Of a stretch of DNA of 64,000 bases, positions 8,558 through 18,422 are shown in pieces. Position 1 is the first letter of the stretch; the number at the start of each line of letters is the position of its first letter. The stretch comes from an uncultured Pseudomonadales bacterium. Its GTDB lineage: Bacteria > Patescibacteriota > Microgenomatia > UBA1400 > UBA12028. The stretch is from NCBI GenBank assembly GCA_964635905.1, contig CAZWPK010000003.1, forward strand, positions 66,459 through 130,458, in the 5' to 3' direction. Under the pieces are notes generated by a model. That model searched no databases, was not told the DNA's origin, and worked only from the letters and a program-made list of their open reading frames with translations. The position numbers were made by a program, and so were the translations under genes.

Positions 8558-11131
8558 TTGGACTACAAACAGTTTGCAGAAAAATGCTATAATACTTGTG
8601 CTATGCCAGAAGTAAGAACAGCAGGCCAGGAATTATATGCTCACTTTCGACAAGGTGTTGATGTTTTTTCTGATGCGGTACAAATTAACACACTCAGAAA
8701 CGGGTGGCCGACTAACCTTACTAAAGACTATGGGACTGAAATTGACTTAATGGCGAACTTAGTAAGGCTTTATAGAATTAATCCGCAGAATAGACCAAGT
8801 GAAATTGAAGCTAAAACAATTATTGATCTGCGTGGTCGGGCTGAAGCCGACTTGACAGCAAAACGAGCGGAAGCATCTCATGAAGCTGTAGCAGGCGCTG
8901 ATGACGACACGATTGAAATTCATCAGCTTTATATAAGTGAATTAGAAAACTTTCTCCGATATATAAATGCAATTATTTCAAAATTAGATTTAGCCGCTTC
9001 GATTCAACGCGCTAGGCCAACTGTAGAGGAAAGACGAGGTATTGATCCCGATGCTATTTGGGACTCTTATGCAAAATGGAAAAAGCTTGCACAAGAAAAT
9101 GAAGACACAGCTTCTCCAGATGTGGTTGATAGGGTAGAACGTGCTTTATTAAACTATGCAATGGGTGTTTTGGTTACCAATTTCTGGGAAAGTTGGAATG
9201 ATGAAAAGAAGTTTTCGGATGTGATGAAGCTTCCTGTAGGTAAAGACCAGGTCGGTGGGCGAGATATTACAATTGCGGAACTTATAGACAATCATCCACC
9301 CGGTCCTTCCTCCGGTCCAGGTAGTGAAAAATTGATGCGTGAACGTCTTCAAGTGATTATAAAATCCTTTCAAGGTGGAGTGCATTTTAATGAGATGGCG
9401 AAGAGTGATAACACCCATAAGGATTCCGTAGAGCATCTTCAACATTGGATGTTTAATGGAGACGATTGGGAACAGTTAATGTCGATTCCAGCACTCGCTC
9501 CCGGAGAAAAGGATTTAGGTGATGTTGCGGGCGAAGCAATAGGAATTCTTGGAAGTTGGAATTCAAAGTTTATCAAAACCACTGTTGTTGAAAGAGATGT
9601 AATTGCTGCTCAAGTTGATGCAGAGATTGCAAGTGGAAGAATCCGACTTCCCGGTCGAAAAGAACTAGAAGCAGCACTTCATCAATATGAAAGTCAAAAA
9701 GAAAAAACTTTTTCAGGTATTTCCTTTAGAGATGCTGGTGGCTTAGATGCTAAAACTATTCTGTTCTTATACAACAACGTAGCCAGAAAAGATTACGCAA
9801 GATTTGCAAGTGCTTTTTCTATTGAAATTCAAAAGCCCAGAGTAAAAGCCAAAGAAAAAGTGCGTCAAGAAAAATTTGGTTTATTTCCTTTACGAAAATA
9901 TGGGGAAAGTCCACGTAGAGATGAAAGTGGACACATTGTAAAAAATTTAGAAATGTATATCCCTCATGTCACAATCGCTGTTGGTTGTTATCAATTGGGT
10001 CTGGGTGAATATGAAATCATTCGTAGAGAGCACCCAGTGGGAAGCGGAACTGAGACTTTAGGGATTAAATTCACTGACGCAGCTGGTGTCGTGCGCTTAC
10101 TTACCCCCGAAGAGAAAGAGAAAGCTTTGGCAAAAGGGAAAGCAGCGATGTTACTAGGGTTTCATACTTATCAAGCAAATGGCGGTCCGATTGGTGACGA
10201 TAATGTGGAGCGAAAATCAAATATCACTGCTGTTAGACTTTACGATACTGCTCAGTACCGCCTGAACTACGCTTCAACAGGAAGAGAAGGTAGATTTAAT
10301 TTAGGATATGTAAAGCGACTAAATGTTCACCCTCTAGATTACATGGCTGCGAATGGGAAATCCATTCGAAGATTAATGGCAGATAGGACTCATCGTCAAC
10401 ATGCTGATTATAAGCTGATGGGTGATATTCTTCATGCTCAAGTGGTTGAAGACTATAGTTTTGCAGAGAAAATGTATGCAGGTTATACAGGTGGATTGGA
10501 TGATGCCATAGATAATTTTGACATCATGAAGTTGGTTACTCTAGAACGTCCAAATCAGTTCTTCTCTTTAACAGAGTACATCAATATTGATGACAATGGT
10601 TTAACTGCTTTAAAGAAATTTGTTACTCAGAAGATTGGATATCTTGTTGATCGGAATATGGTAATTGGAAGGGAGGATGCCATTCGAAGTGGCTACTTTG
10701 ATGATAAAGTTTGGGAGAAAATTGTCGAAGTAAAACCTGGCGAGTGGGTCTTTAGTCCGTTACCTTCCATGTTAGCCATGACCGCAGAAGACAAAGTTAA
10801 GTTTAATGAAGATATTAAAAAATTTGGGTTTAAGTCAGCAATGATCAAAGCATTTCTTACTCCTATGTTGATAGAAACATTAATGAGAGTAGGTAGGAGA
10901 GAAGTTGAACCCTACTGGATACAAGGGCTAGTATACATTCTTTCGGGTGAAGATCCGGAGTCTAGGTACGCTATTCGAAATAAAGATAACCTAACGGCTG
11001 CACTTTCCACATCGGATGAAGGTGTTGCGTTTAACTACACATCACCCGAGGTATACAGCATGATTGCTACAGCAGCAAAGGAAGTAAAAGGTGGATTAGA
11101 GGTGTTCTTGAGTCAGCAGGGTGGTCATTAG
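8558..11131 (+). CDS. Hypothetical large soluble protein (857 aa)
   Basis: Long uninterrupted ORF divergent from 7177..8520. It has no TM segment and no P-loop (GSGTET is not a Walker A). A TATAAT sits at 8585..8590 just upstream of an alternative ATG at 8603. Confidence 0.6.
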   Translation: MDYKQFAEKCYNTCAMPEVRTAGQELYAHFRQGVDVFSDAVQINTLRNGWPTNLTKDYGTEIDLMANLVRLYRINPQNRPSEIEAKTIIDLRGRAEADLTAKRAEASHEAVAGADDDTIEIHQLYISELENFLRYINAIISKLDLAASIQRARPTVEERRGIDPDAIWDSYAKWKKLAQENEDTASPDVVDRVERALLNYAMGVLVTNFWESWNDEKKFSDVMKLPVGKDQVGGRDITIAELIDNHPPGPSSGPGSEKLMRERLQVIIKSFQGGVHFNEMAKSDNTHKDSVEHLQHWMFNGDDWEQLMSIPALAPGEKDLGDVAGEAIGILGSWNSKFIKTTVVERDVIAAQVDAEIASGRIRLPGRKELEAALHQYESQKEKTFSGISFRDAGGLDAKTILFLYNNVARKDYARFASAFSIEIQKPRVKAKEKVRQEKFGLFPLRKYGESPRRDESGHIVKNLEMYIPHVTIAVGCYQLGLGEYEIIRREHPVGSGTETLGIKFTDAAGVVRLLTPEEKEKALAKGKAAMLLGFHTYQANGGPIGDDNVERKSNITAVRLYDTAQYRLNYASTGREGRFNLGYVKRLNVHPLDYMAANGKSIRRLMADRTHRQHADYKLMGDILHAQVVEDYSFAEKMYAGYTGGLDDAIDNFDIMKLVTLERPNQFFSLTEYINIDDNGLTALKKFVTQKIGYLVDRNMVIGREDAIRSGYFDDKVWEKIVEVKPGEWVFSPLPSMLAMTAEDKVKFNEDIKKFGFKSAMIKAFLTPMLIETLMRVGRREVEPYWIQGLVYILSGEDPESRYAIRNKDNLTAALSTSDEGVAFNYTSPEVYSMIATAAKEVKGGLEVFLSQQGGH

Positions 11132-11343
11132 TTTTCACTATCAGGTTCACTTGTCCCGTTTCCCCCAGCAGGAGAACTGCTTGGATTGTTTTCCTGTCTA
11201 AAAATCTTTTCTCGTTCAGAGGATGAACTTCTTGCATTCTGAATTCCTCTACCAATATGTACGATTAATTTCAATGCTGCTTGAAGATCCACAATTTTCC
11301 CAAACGGATTGGAATTTTCTTTCATAAAATAGATTCTGGGAGA

Positions 11344-13206
11344 TTAGTTTTCACTTGTACTGCCAGTGCTGCCGTTGCCACCTGCTGCGCTAGTGTCAGT
11401 ATTTTCGGCCTCTTTAATTTTGCCTCGAGTCTCAATATTTGTTTTTGCTTCACGAAGACCTTTTCCAAGTTCTTGTGTTGATTTTAGATCTCTTTGGAGA
11501 TGACCGACTGTCGATAATGCTTTTTGTGCATAACCAAGACCGCCACCAACAATTGCTGCTCCGCCGGCTCCTACACCAAGACCACGAGCTGCATCTCTAC
11601 GGATAGTTTGCCATCGCTGACCAGCTGGAGCCTTTCGTGCATTCAACGCTCCTACTGCAGCGCCGCCCGCTAATCCAACACCAGCGCCAATTCCGAGTGC
11701 ACCAATTGCGCCACCCAATCGACCTTGTTTAGCAAAGTCTCCAATCGCTTTACCTGCATCGATATTAAACTTCCCAGAAGCTAACTGTTTGGCAATTTCC
11801 ATGGCTTGAGGGAGCATCGCCAGTAAGCCGAACTTTAGGAAGGCAAGAGCCATGGTTGCTCCAACTCCTTGGTTGGAACCAATCTGAAGTGGAGAAAATC
11901 CTCCAATCCCAGCTTCGCCAGCTGAGTTAAAATCAGGATGATAGGTAAAGTAATTAGCAATCAGGATAAAGAAGATAACGGTAGGGAAGACTAACAAGTT
12001 AGACAAAATACCTTGTATCCAGGCTCCAAAGGTGTTTTGCCCAGGCATTGCTCCAATTAACAGCTGAATAGGAGCAAAGATTACCGAGAAGAATAGACCC
12101 GCATAGGCTTTCAGCAGCCCAAAGAAGATTCTAAATAGGTTGACAAGTAATGCAACCGCAATGACCAGGAACATAATGAGGCCTGCACCAATACCGACTA
12201 CTTGTGAGATTGCTTCACTTTGCTGCAGGCTTCCCATGATATCTGCAACCATTTCAGCGAAATTAGAGGCAACGTTATTAGCAACGCTAGTAAATAGGTT
12301 GGCCCCATTTTCGAAAATACTTCGTTGGAAAGCAATTTGACTTAAGTTTGACCAGGCAAGCTGGTTATCAATTGAGTTAGGAGTAGAAAAGACACCAATC
12401 ATTAAGTAGATTGCCAAATACATGATTTCGATCATAAAACCGGCGATTGCATACGAGAAGGTAATTAACAACAGTGACACAACCATCTTCGGTAATGCTT
12501 GTTGAATGGTTATGGCTGTCTTGCCGCCTTCTTTCCGTAAAGCAATCATGACGCCTACGATTAAGAACAGGATCACAAAAAAGAAATATGCTAAGTTGCG
12601 GAACAATCGCCACAAGTTTAATACGGGACGGAGCGAGGAAAATCCTAGTCCTTGTGCATAGGCTGGAGTTGCCCCAAACGGATTTTGAATACTTTCTTTT
12701 ACATAGGCAATATATTCGGTTCCTGTAGCAGGAGGAATATACATTTTTGAAGAATAATCGATCACAGTACCCATAGCACCAGGGGAATATGAGAGATATT
12801 GCTCTCCTTTACGAGGTACACCAACTCGGGCATTGCCATTAGCATCTACGGTGATAAAAGTAAGACTATTTGCTACATCTGAACCTATTGCTCCCGTGAT
12901 GTATTTTGAAGCAAAAGCCTGAACATTTTGTTCGTTAGTGGTAGATTCTTGCCTAATGGCATCTATTTGTTCTTGTTGAATAGGGGTTAGTGCTTTTGAG
13001 AGTGTGCTTGTTGCATACAAAACTCCCGCAATGAGGAAGAACACAATTGCAAGATGATTATTGACCTTCTTATATGCCTGATAGAATCGGCCAAAAGTTT
13101 GCTTTGAAAAAGAAACGACTTGCATAGCTATATTGTACACTGCCATATTTTTGTCGTAAACGTTAGGTTTATTGCCCACAAACACTGGCTTCAGTGATTG
13201 TGGCAA
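11344..13206 (-). CDS. Polytopic membrane protein, putative VirB6/TrbL-like channel component
   Basis: N-terminal TM segment, a ~170-aa extracytoplasmic loop, six or more further TM helices, then a Gly/Ala-rich disordered C-terminus (GAIGALGIGAGVGLAGGAAVGA). This is the topology typical of the TrbL/VirB6 family. It sits immediately downstream of the SLT-domain gene on the same strand. Confidence 0.5.
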   Translation of the reverse strand: MPQSLKPVFVGNKPNVYDKNMAVYNIAMQVVSFSKQTFGRFYQAYKKVNNHLAIVFFLIAGVLYATSTLSKALTPIQQEQIDAIRQESTTNEQNVQAFASKYITGAIGSDVANSLTFITVDANGNARVGVPRKGEQYLSYSPGAMGTVIDYSSKMYIPPATGTEYIAYVKESIQNPFGATPAYAQGLGFSSLRPVLNLWRLFRNLAYFFFVILFLIVGVMIALRKEGGKTAITIQQALPKMVVSLLLITFSYAIAGFMIEIMYLAIYLMIGVFSTPNSIDNQLAWSNLSQIAFQRSIFENGANLFTSVANNVASNFAEMVADIMGSLQQSEAISQVVGIGAGLIMFLVIAVALLVNLFRIFFGLLKAYAGLFFSVIFAPIQLLIGAMPGQNTFGAWIQGILSNLLVFPTVIFFILIANYFTYHPDFNSAGEAGIGGFSPLQIGSNQGVGATMALAFLKFGLLAMLPQAMEIAKQLASGKFNIDAGKAIGDFAKQGRLGGAIGALGIGAGVGLAGGAAVGALNARKAPAGQRWQTIRRDAARGLGVGAGGAAIVGGGLGYAQKALSTVGHLQRDLKSTQELGKGLREAKTNIETRGKIKEAENTDTSAAGGNGSTGSTSEN

Positions 13207-16200
13207 ACTGACTAGACATTAACTGTGCACACTGACAGTAATTCCGACTTCCACAACCCTGGACTGCTGGCGATTTTCCTACTACTACGCCTCCGCACAG
13301 TTGACCTGCTACGTTTCCACTAGTATCGATCTGAATACGTTTTGTCTCATTACAGCCACCCGCAGAATACTGGTCGGTTGATAAGCAAAGTCCATGGTAG
13401 GCACCAGCTGCCACATACCAGCGGGCAATTCCTTCTACATCGCGGATGTTTGCCAGGTTATAGCGTTGTTTAAGCAACCGAGCTGCGCCTGTAAGTGACG
13501 CTTCCAGTTCACAGGGGTTTCCGCTCACACCTAAATTTGCCCAGACATCGACAACAGCTGCACTGCTACAGGTTTTTGAAAGAATTTGCATAGGACCGGT
13601 GGCACCCACAGAGTTAATGGTGCACGCAATCGTACTTGTGGGTTGAGAATTTGGTGCATTACAAACGGCCGTGATGGTGCCTGCACCTTCAATACGTAAA
13701 AGCCCCCACAATATTTCAGGTGGGACGCCCTCACTGCTTGCTACTGTCTGAATAATCTGCTTTAAGCCATTTCCAGTGGAAGTGTTGGTGATAAAAGAAG
13801 GAATGACGGTGGTACGACAGGCGATTGGTCCTTCCGTAGGCCCAGGGGCTTCTTCTTCCATTCCTTTTGTACAGGCTGCTGGACCTTCTTTTAGGACGGA
13901 TTCAAAGCCAGGATAGGGGGCAGTAGGAACATTGGAATTAGGTCTTCCAATATTACAGATGATTTCCCAGAGCGAACGAGCAAGTTTGCCACCAGGTGTA
14001 ACAGGATTTGCATCAAACTGATTGGTATCGGGACCAACGATTTTCCCTCGCAAACGAATAAGCTCTCCGGATCGAGTTGCAGCGGGTAGTGAAGTTGGAC
14101 CAGCAGTTGCAGCAACGGGTCCAGAATTATACTGAATTCCAATTGGACCACTTTCGGTAGGAGGGGAGGCAATCGCGAAAGAATTGTCGCTTAGTTGTAA
14201 ATATCGAAAACCAACAAATTGATTTTTTTGACGTAATCGATCTTCTTGGGCTTTTGTTAATACCCAAAACTTATTTTGTTGTTGTTCTAAGGGTAAGAAA
14301 CGATCGACCATTTTATTTTCATAGGCTTGTAAATTCCGAAACTCTTCTGGGAGCAGGAAATAGGTTCGAATTCTAGCTTCTGAGCCTCGAGGAGACTGTT
14401 TTGCAGTCAGAACGGTTTGAAGTCTGATCTGAACCTCCGAGACAGGGTCTAAGGTTCCACCAGGGTTAATAATCTGTTTTCGTTCTGACGCTTTTTCACC
14501 AGTGATATCGGTGATACCTGCACATGACTGGCTATATTCTGGATGAATTCTGGTAGGAAAGGTTTCGGCATTGATTCTGCGAACAATAATCGATTCAAGA
14601 CTGTCGGCATCAGGACCCATGCAGTCTACACATTGTATGGTCGCTCCACTGTCGGAAGGATATTTCATTGAGTCTTGTGCAGAGCGATTGATCACGGTTT
14701 CGATTTCTTGCTTTTTTTCATCGGAGATAATTTTTTGCTCCTCTTTACCAAAGATGGAATGCATGGTTTGAATAAACCCACCATTGTAGGTAGGGAATGG
14801 GTCTCCACCACTTGGATTCTTTAACTCTGCAAATCCAGCTGGAACATAGACTTTGGTGATCCGAATTAACGATTTCAAGCGTTGTTCCGCATTGGTGTTG
14901 GTCAGGCCATTGGCTGCCCAGGGGGAGAACCATTTCTGGAAACGATCAAAGGTTGTGGGTACTCCACTTTCGGTGCGATCGGGTGTATCGACATATTGCA
15001 CGATATACGCGGGCTTAAATCCTCTGTGCGTTGTCGGTTCGACTTTACTAAACGCTTCTTCAACAGACTTCCCAAGTCTTGGTGTTTGCTGTGCACAACT
15101 ATACGTGCCAGGAATTTCACTTAAAACTTGCAAATAGGTCTTCCCAGTGCCAGGGATCTCAACATCGAGAGCACATCGACCAGTATCGGTAAGTTCAACG
15201 AGGGAGGAGTTATTAATCGGTGTGGGGGAGGTGCGTGGCATAGTACATAAGGACTGGATCGCACGAAGGAACTGCAGTTTTGTTTCGCACTGTTGTTCTC
15301 TTGAGGAGAGCTTTTTCACGACCCCGTTTGCAAAGGGGCCAACAATATCTTGAATTCCTTCTGCCTGGCTAAAGGGAGCATTATAAAAGCCTTCTAAATC
15401 ATCCAATCGTCGTTTGGGATCTGTGGGACGCGGGGTATCGGCGGATTCGAAGCGAAGTAGCGGTAAGGTGGTTCGCTGATTGTTGATAAGAACAGTTGCA
15501 GTAATTCCAGAGACTCTACATCCGGAGTTTCCATTTGGACATTGGCCATCAATAAAACTGTAGTAGTTGCTAGCAGGATTACTATCCACTTTATCTTCGT
15601 TTTCTAAACCACCGGTAAACTCCATGACACTTCCACAGGTATACATGTAGCGCGCAGCCATTGCTCTTTTCTCGGCGACTGTGGGTTGATCATCGATCCC
15701 AGGATAGATAAACGAGGCGGATTGATTTCGGGAACAGTCATTAAGTACCTCCGCACCGGTGCTGTCATAGGCTTTACCATACACATAAAATAGCCAGTCG
15801 CGTTTGGTAACATTACTATTCTTACAGGGGTCAATAATGAGGGCGGTGGCAGTCTCGACTCCTGACGGGAGCTTCACGGTATCCAGAAATTCCACTTGAT
15901 CTTGGATTGAGGGAGGGGGTTGGGTATTTGGGTTTACTCCAACTCCTCCAAAGTGGACAACTTTTTTCCCCGGGCACATGTCTGTTTCTACGATTCGCCA
16001 TGCATCCAATCCAGAGATTCCAGCAACTCGAGTAGGAATTCCATCAAAGACATTGGCAACTAGTACATCTGCGCCAGCACAAGCTCCACTCGCTCGAAAG
16101 GCTTGCATCCAGGGAACAGGATCCCAGTCTCCGTTATATAAATCGGGGGGTGCGGGAGCGATCCGATAATGTGAATCACTTCCAATTGCAGCGGTAAATA

Positions 16201-16702
16201 CTTTGAACTGTTGAGCATAACGAACTCCTGCTGCACGGGTATCTGTTAAACCTTGATATTCTAATGTTAAGTTATTGAGTTCATTTCCAAGGTACACGAT
16301 TGTTCCCTGGGGAAAGGCTCCCTTGTTTGCAAGCAAGCTTTGTGCATAGGTAGTAAAGACGCTGTCGGGAGTGTTTGGTCCAAAGTCCACGACACGGATA
16401 ACAATTTTGCGATTGGCAGGCTGGGGGATTGGATTGTACGCCGGTCCTCCTAGAGCATTGGCGATCTGAACAACCCCTGTGTATTGTTGAGGCTCAATGA
16501 GGTATCGGTAGAGATCTTCTTGTGCTATTTGGATGTAGCCGGCACCGGCTACTTCAGGACCAACATCTTCACGTCGTACCCCGCTGGTTTGAGCGTATGT
16601 TGTTGAAGCGCTTACCAGTAACAAACCGATAGCCACACTCAAACACAATACAAAAAACTTCCAACAATTTTGGAGCCTAAACACCATACAGATAGTATAC
16701 AA
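13169..16702 (-). CDS. Large secreted cell-wall hydrolase with a C-terminal SLT lytic transglycosylase domain (VirB1-like)
   Basis: 1177 aa with an N-terminal signal/anchor (LVSASTTYAQTSG). The C-terminal domain carries family-1 lytic transglycosylase motifs: EILWGLLRIEGAG (catalytic Glu), GPMQIL, AAGAYHGL. Confidence 0.75.
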   Translation of the reverse strand: MYTICMVFRLQNCWKFFVLCLSVAIGLLLVSASTTYAQTSGVRREDVGPEVAGAGYIQIAQEDLYRYLIEPQQYTGVVQIANALGGPAYNPIPQPANRKIVIRVVDFGPNTPDSVFTTYAQSLLANKGAFPQGTIVYLGNELNNLTLEYQGLTDTRAAGVRYAQQFKVFTAAIGSDSHYRIAPAPPDLYNGDWDPVPWMQAFRASGACAGADVLVANVFDGIPTRVAGISGLDAWRIVETDMCPGKKVVHFGGVGVNPNTQPPPSIQDQVEFLDTVKLPSGVETATALIIDPCKNSNVTKRDWLFYVYGKAYDSTGAEVLNDCSRNQSASFIYPGIDDQPTVAEKRAMAARYMYTCGSVMEFTGGLENEDKVDSNPASNYYSFIDGQCPNGNSGCRVSGITATVLINNQRTTLPLLRFESADTPRPTDPKRRLDDLEGFYNAPFSQAEGIQDIVGPFANGVVKKLSSREQQCETKLQFLRAIQSLCTMPRTSPTPINNSSLVELTDTGRCALDVEIPGTGKTYLQVLSEIPGTYSCAQQTPRLGKSVEEAFSKVEPTTHRGFKPAYIVQYVDTPDRTESGVPTTFDRFQKWFSPWAANGLTNTNAEQRLKSLIRITKVYVPAGFAELKNPSGGDPFPTYNGGFIQTMHSIFGKEEQKIISDEKKQEIETVINRSAQDSMKYPSDSGATIQCVDCMGPDADSLESIIVRRINAETFPTRIHPEYSQSCAGITDITGEKASERKQIINPGGTLDPVSEVQIRLQTVLTAKQSPRGSEARIRTYFLLPEEFRNLQAYENKMVDRFLPLEQQQNKFWVLTKAQEDRLRQKNQFVGFRYLQLSDNSFAIASPPTESGPIGIQYNSGPVAATAGPTSLPAATRSGELIRLRGKIVGPDTNQFDANPVTPGGKLARSLWEIICNIGRPNSNVPTAPYPGFESVLKEGPAACTKGMEEEAPGPTEGPIACRTTVIPSFITNTSTGNGLKQIIQTVASSEGVPPEILWGLLRIEGAGTITAVCNAPNSQPTSTIACTINSVGATGPMQILSKTCSSAAVVDVWANLGVSGNPCELEASLTGAARLLKQRYNLANIRDVEGIARWYVAAGAYHGLCLSTDQYSAGGCNETKRIQIDTSGNVAGQLCGGVVVGKSPAVQGCGSRNYCQCAQLMSSQFATITEASVCGQ

Positions 16703-16711
16703 CGAAGGTCA

Positions 16712-17146
16712 TTAAGGAGAGCCAGGCAATTGTGTGTTGAATTGCAAAATGGTTTGCACCCCGGTAAAGTTCGCAATAAAACGCAGAATGAGGAACGATG
16801 CTAGAGCTACAACAATTCCTAGTATTGCGAAGGTAAGCGCATTCTTGCCACCTTCAACGCCTTTAGTGTTGCTGCCCGCAGTCAAGTACCGAAACGATCC
16901 CACTAAAAACATTACAAAGGCAGCAATTCCAATCATGGTAATCGCAACAGATAAGACATTAGCGACTAAGCATTCAATTCCTTCAAAAGTGGCGACATCA
17001 TTCTCGCTAGCAACGGTGGAATATCCGTGAACACAGCGATTATTAATCGAGCTCCAGGCACTTGTCTGAGCCGAAGCAGGTGGAGTGTTGAGAGAGAAAA
17101 AATAGAAGGCACTTGTTAATACAATCGCAATTACTTTAAATATCAT
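16712..17146 (-). CDS. VirB2/TrbC-like two-helix pilin family protein
   Basis: Signal peptide (PPASAQTS), then hydrophobic helix - TAGSNTKGVEGGKNALT loop - hydrophobic helix. Paralogous to the array at 18423..21566. Confidence 0.65.
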   Translation of the reverse strand: MIFKVIAIVLTSAFYFFSLNTPPASAQTSAWSSINNRCVHGYSTVASENDVATFEGIECLVANVLSVAITMIGIAAFVMFLVGSFRYLTAGSNTKGVEGGKNALTFAILGIVVALASFLILRFIANFTGVQTILQFNTQLPGSP

Positions 17147-17186
17147 ACGTAAAAAGTGTTATTTATTGACCACTTCAAATTATACA

Positions 17187-18359
17187 CTACTGATGTACTG
17201 TTTGACGCCGAAGTCTTTTTCCTAACACCACTAACAGAGCCAGTAGATATAGCGTTGGTACAAAAGGGAAAACACTCGGATAGAAGGGAGAAAAGTAGGC
17301 TAACAGAAAAGTAAGATACCCAAGAAGAATAAAAACTCTGATTTGAAGGGTTTTCTCCTTCCGTAGGAAAAACAACGGGATGAGGAGTAAGACAGCATCA
17401 TGGACATGCACATGCACGCCGCACAGGAGAATGAGCGGAACGAGCATTGCAAAGACTGCACTACTAGGTGCCAACCATACTTTGTTTTTAACACTCCATA
17501 AGGCTGTGATAAGTGTGGTTAGTCCCGTTAAACCAAGCATCAACAGGGTCGGTTTCAAATTTGGAATCAAGCGATGAAGTTGCCATGCAAATCCCTGCCA
17601 AGAAATCATGGCTTCTTTGCTGTGTTCGGGCGAACTAGATGATACATAGGAGATAAATGTTCCAAAGAAGGTACGCACTTCGGTTCCAAGAATAAAAAAA
17701 GAAAGCAAACTGAGGAGAACTCCTCCGATCAGTAACCCTTTAAGAAATGGTCGTTTCTCTCGAAGCATCCAGTACAAAGTAACGAAAATGGCTATTTGAG
17801 GCTTGTACCAAAGCACGCTTGCCAACAACCCAGCCGTAAATGGCTTATTCTTCTGAATCCGGTTTTGAATTATTAAGAGTAATAAGAGACTAAGTAATGA
17901 AGACTGCCCATTTTTTAAGGTGACAAAGAATGGAATGAAGACGCTTGCCTCAAGGAGCAGTTGACTAAAAGAGAGTTTGATAGTGAATTCAGATTTGATC
18001 AGGTAGATGCAGGCAACAAACACGGCAAGATTAAAACTCACCCATATCCCGAATGCGATGTCGACCGGGAGCCAAGCAAGGGGAGCAAAAAGAAGTGCCA
18101 AATAGGGTGGATTAATAAAGGAGAGTGTATAGAACTTCTTTTCATCGACAGGGAAAAACTGTTTTTGAGTTAGTTCTTGTTGGTCGTTTGTATAGAGACT
18201 AGATGGAGTGGTTTGAAGAATATATCCAGAGCTGTAGAACACACGGAAATCAGAGTCGTAGAGATTTGTTTTAGACAGGAGAAAGGCAAGCCACCCAACC
18301 GTAGCAATCAACACGACTTTTAAATAGAGCTGAACTGCAGACACTGCCTGCTTCATCAC
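17187..18359 (-). CDS. Polytopic membrane protein, DUF2029/GT87-like (GT-C type) glycosyltransferase candidate
   Basis: 390 aa with about 10 TM helices and a DFRVFYSSG motif in the first extracytoplasmic loop, resembling the catalytic-Asp loop of GT87/PimE-like mannosyltransferases. It is embedded between pilin genes. Confidence 0.45.
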   Translation of the reverse strand: MMKQAVSAVQLYLKVVLIATVGWLAFLLSKTNLYDSDFRVFYSSGYILQTTPSSLYTNDQQELTQKQFFPVDEKKFYTLSFINPPYLALLFAPLAWLPVDIAFGIWVSFNLAVFVACIYLIKSEFTIKLSFSQLLLEASVFIPFFVTLKNGQSSLLSLLLLLIIQNRIQKNKPFTAGLLASVLWYKPQIAIFVTLYWMLREKRPFLKGLLIGGVLLSLLSFFILGTEVRTFFGTFISYVSSSSPEHSKEAMISWQGFAWQLHRLIPNLKPTLLMLGLTGLTTLITALWSVKNKVWLAPSSAVFAMLVPLILLCGVHVHVHDAVLLLIPLFFLRKEKTLQIRVFILLGYLTFLLAYFSPFYPSVFPFVPTLYLLALLVVLGKRLRRQTVHQ

Positions 18360-18375
18360 TCTATTCTCTCATAAC

Positions 18376-18402
18376 AAAAACCCCCGCTTAAGCGGGGGTT
18401 TT
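18376..18402 (-). terminator. Rho-independent terminator (bidirectional-capable hairpin) downstream of pilin gene 18423..18827
   Basis: aaaaa-CCCCCGC-ttaa-GCGGGGG-tttt. The 7-bp GC stem is flanked by an A-run and a T-run, so it reads stem plus T-tract on both strands. Confidence 0.7.
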
Positions 18403-18422
18403 ATCTGAGTCAATTTTGTTGA

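Noticed and set aside
9149-9445. Minus-strand 98-aa ORF inside the 857-aa gene, and similar internal antisense ORFs (for example 13531..13734, 14571..15353, 24326..24776, 33002..33349).
   Set aside because: They lie entirely within longer, better-supported ORFs on the opposite strand or in another frame.
9980-10060. GSGTET motif in the 857-aa protein, considered as a VirB4-like Walker A.
   Set aside because: It lacks the GK[ST] core of a P-loop, so there is no evidence for an ATPase.
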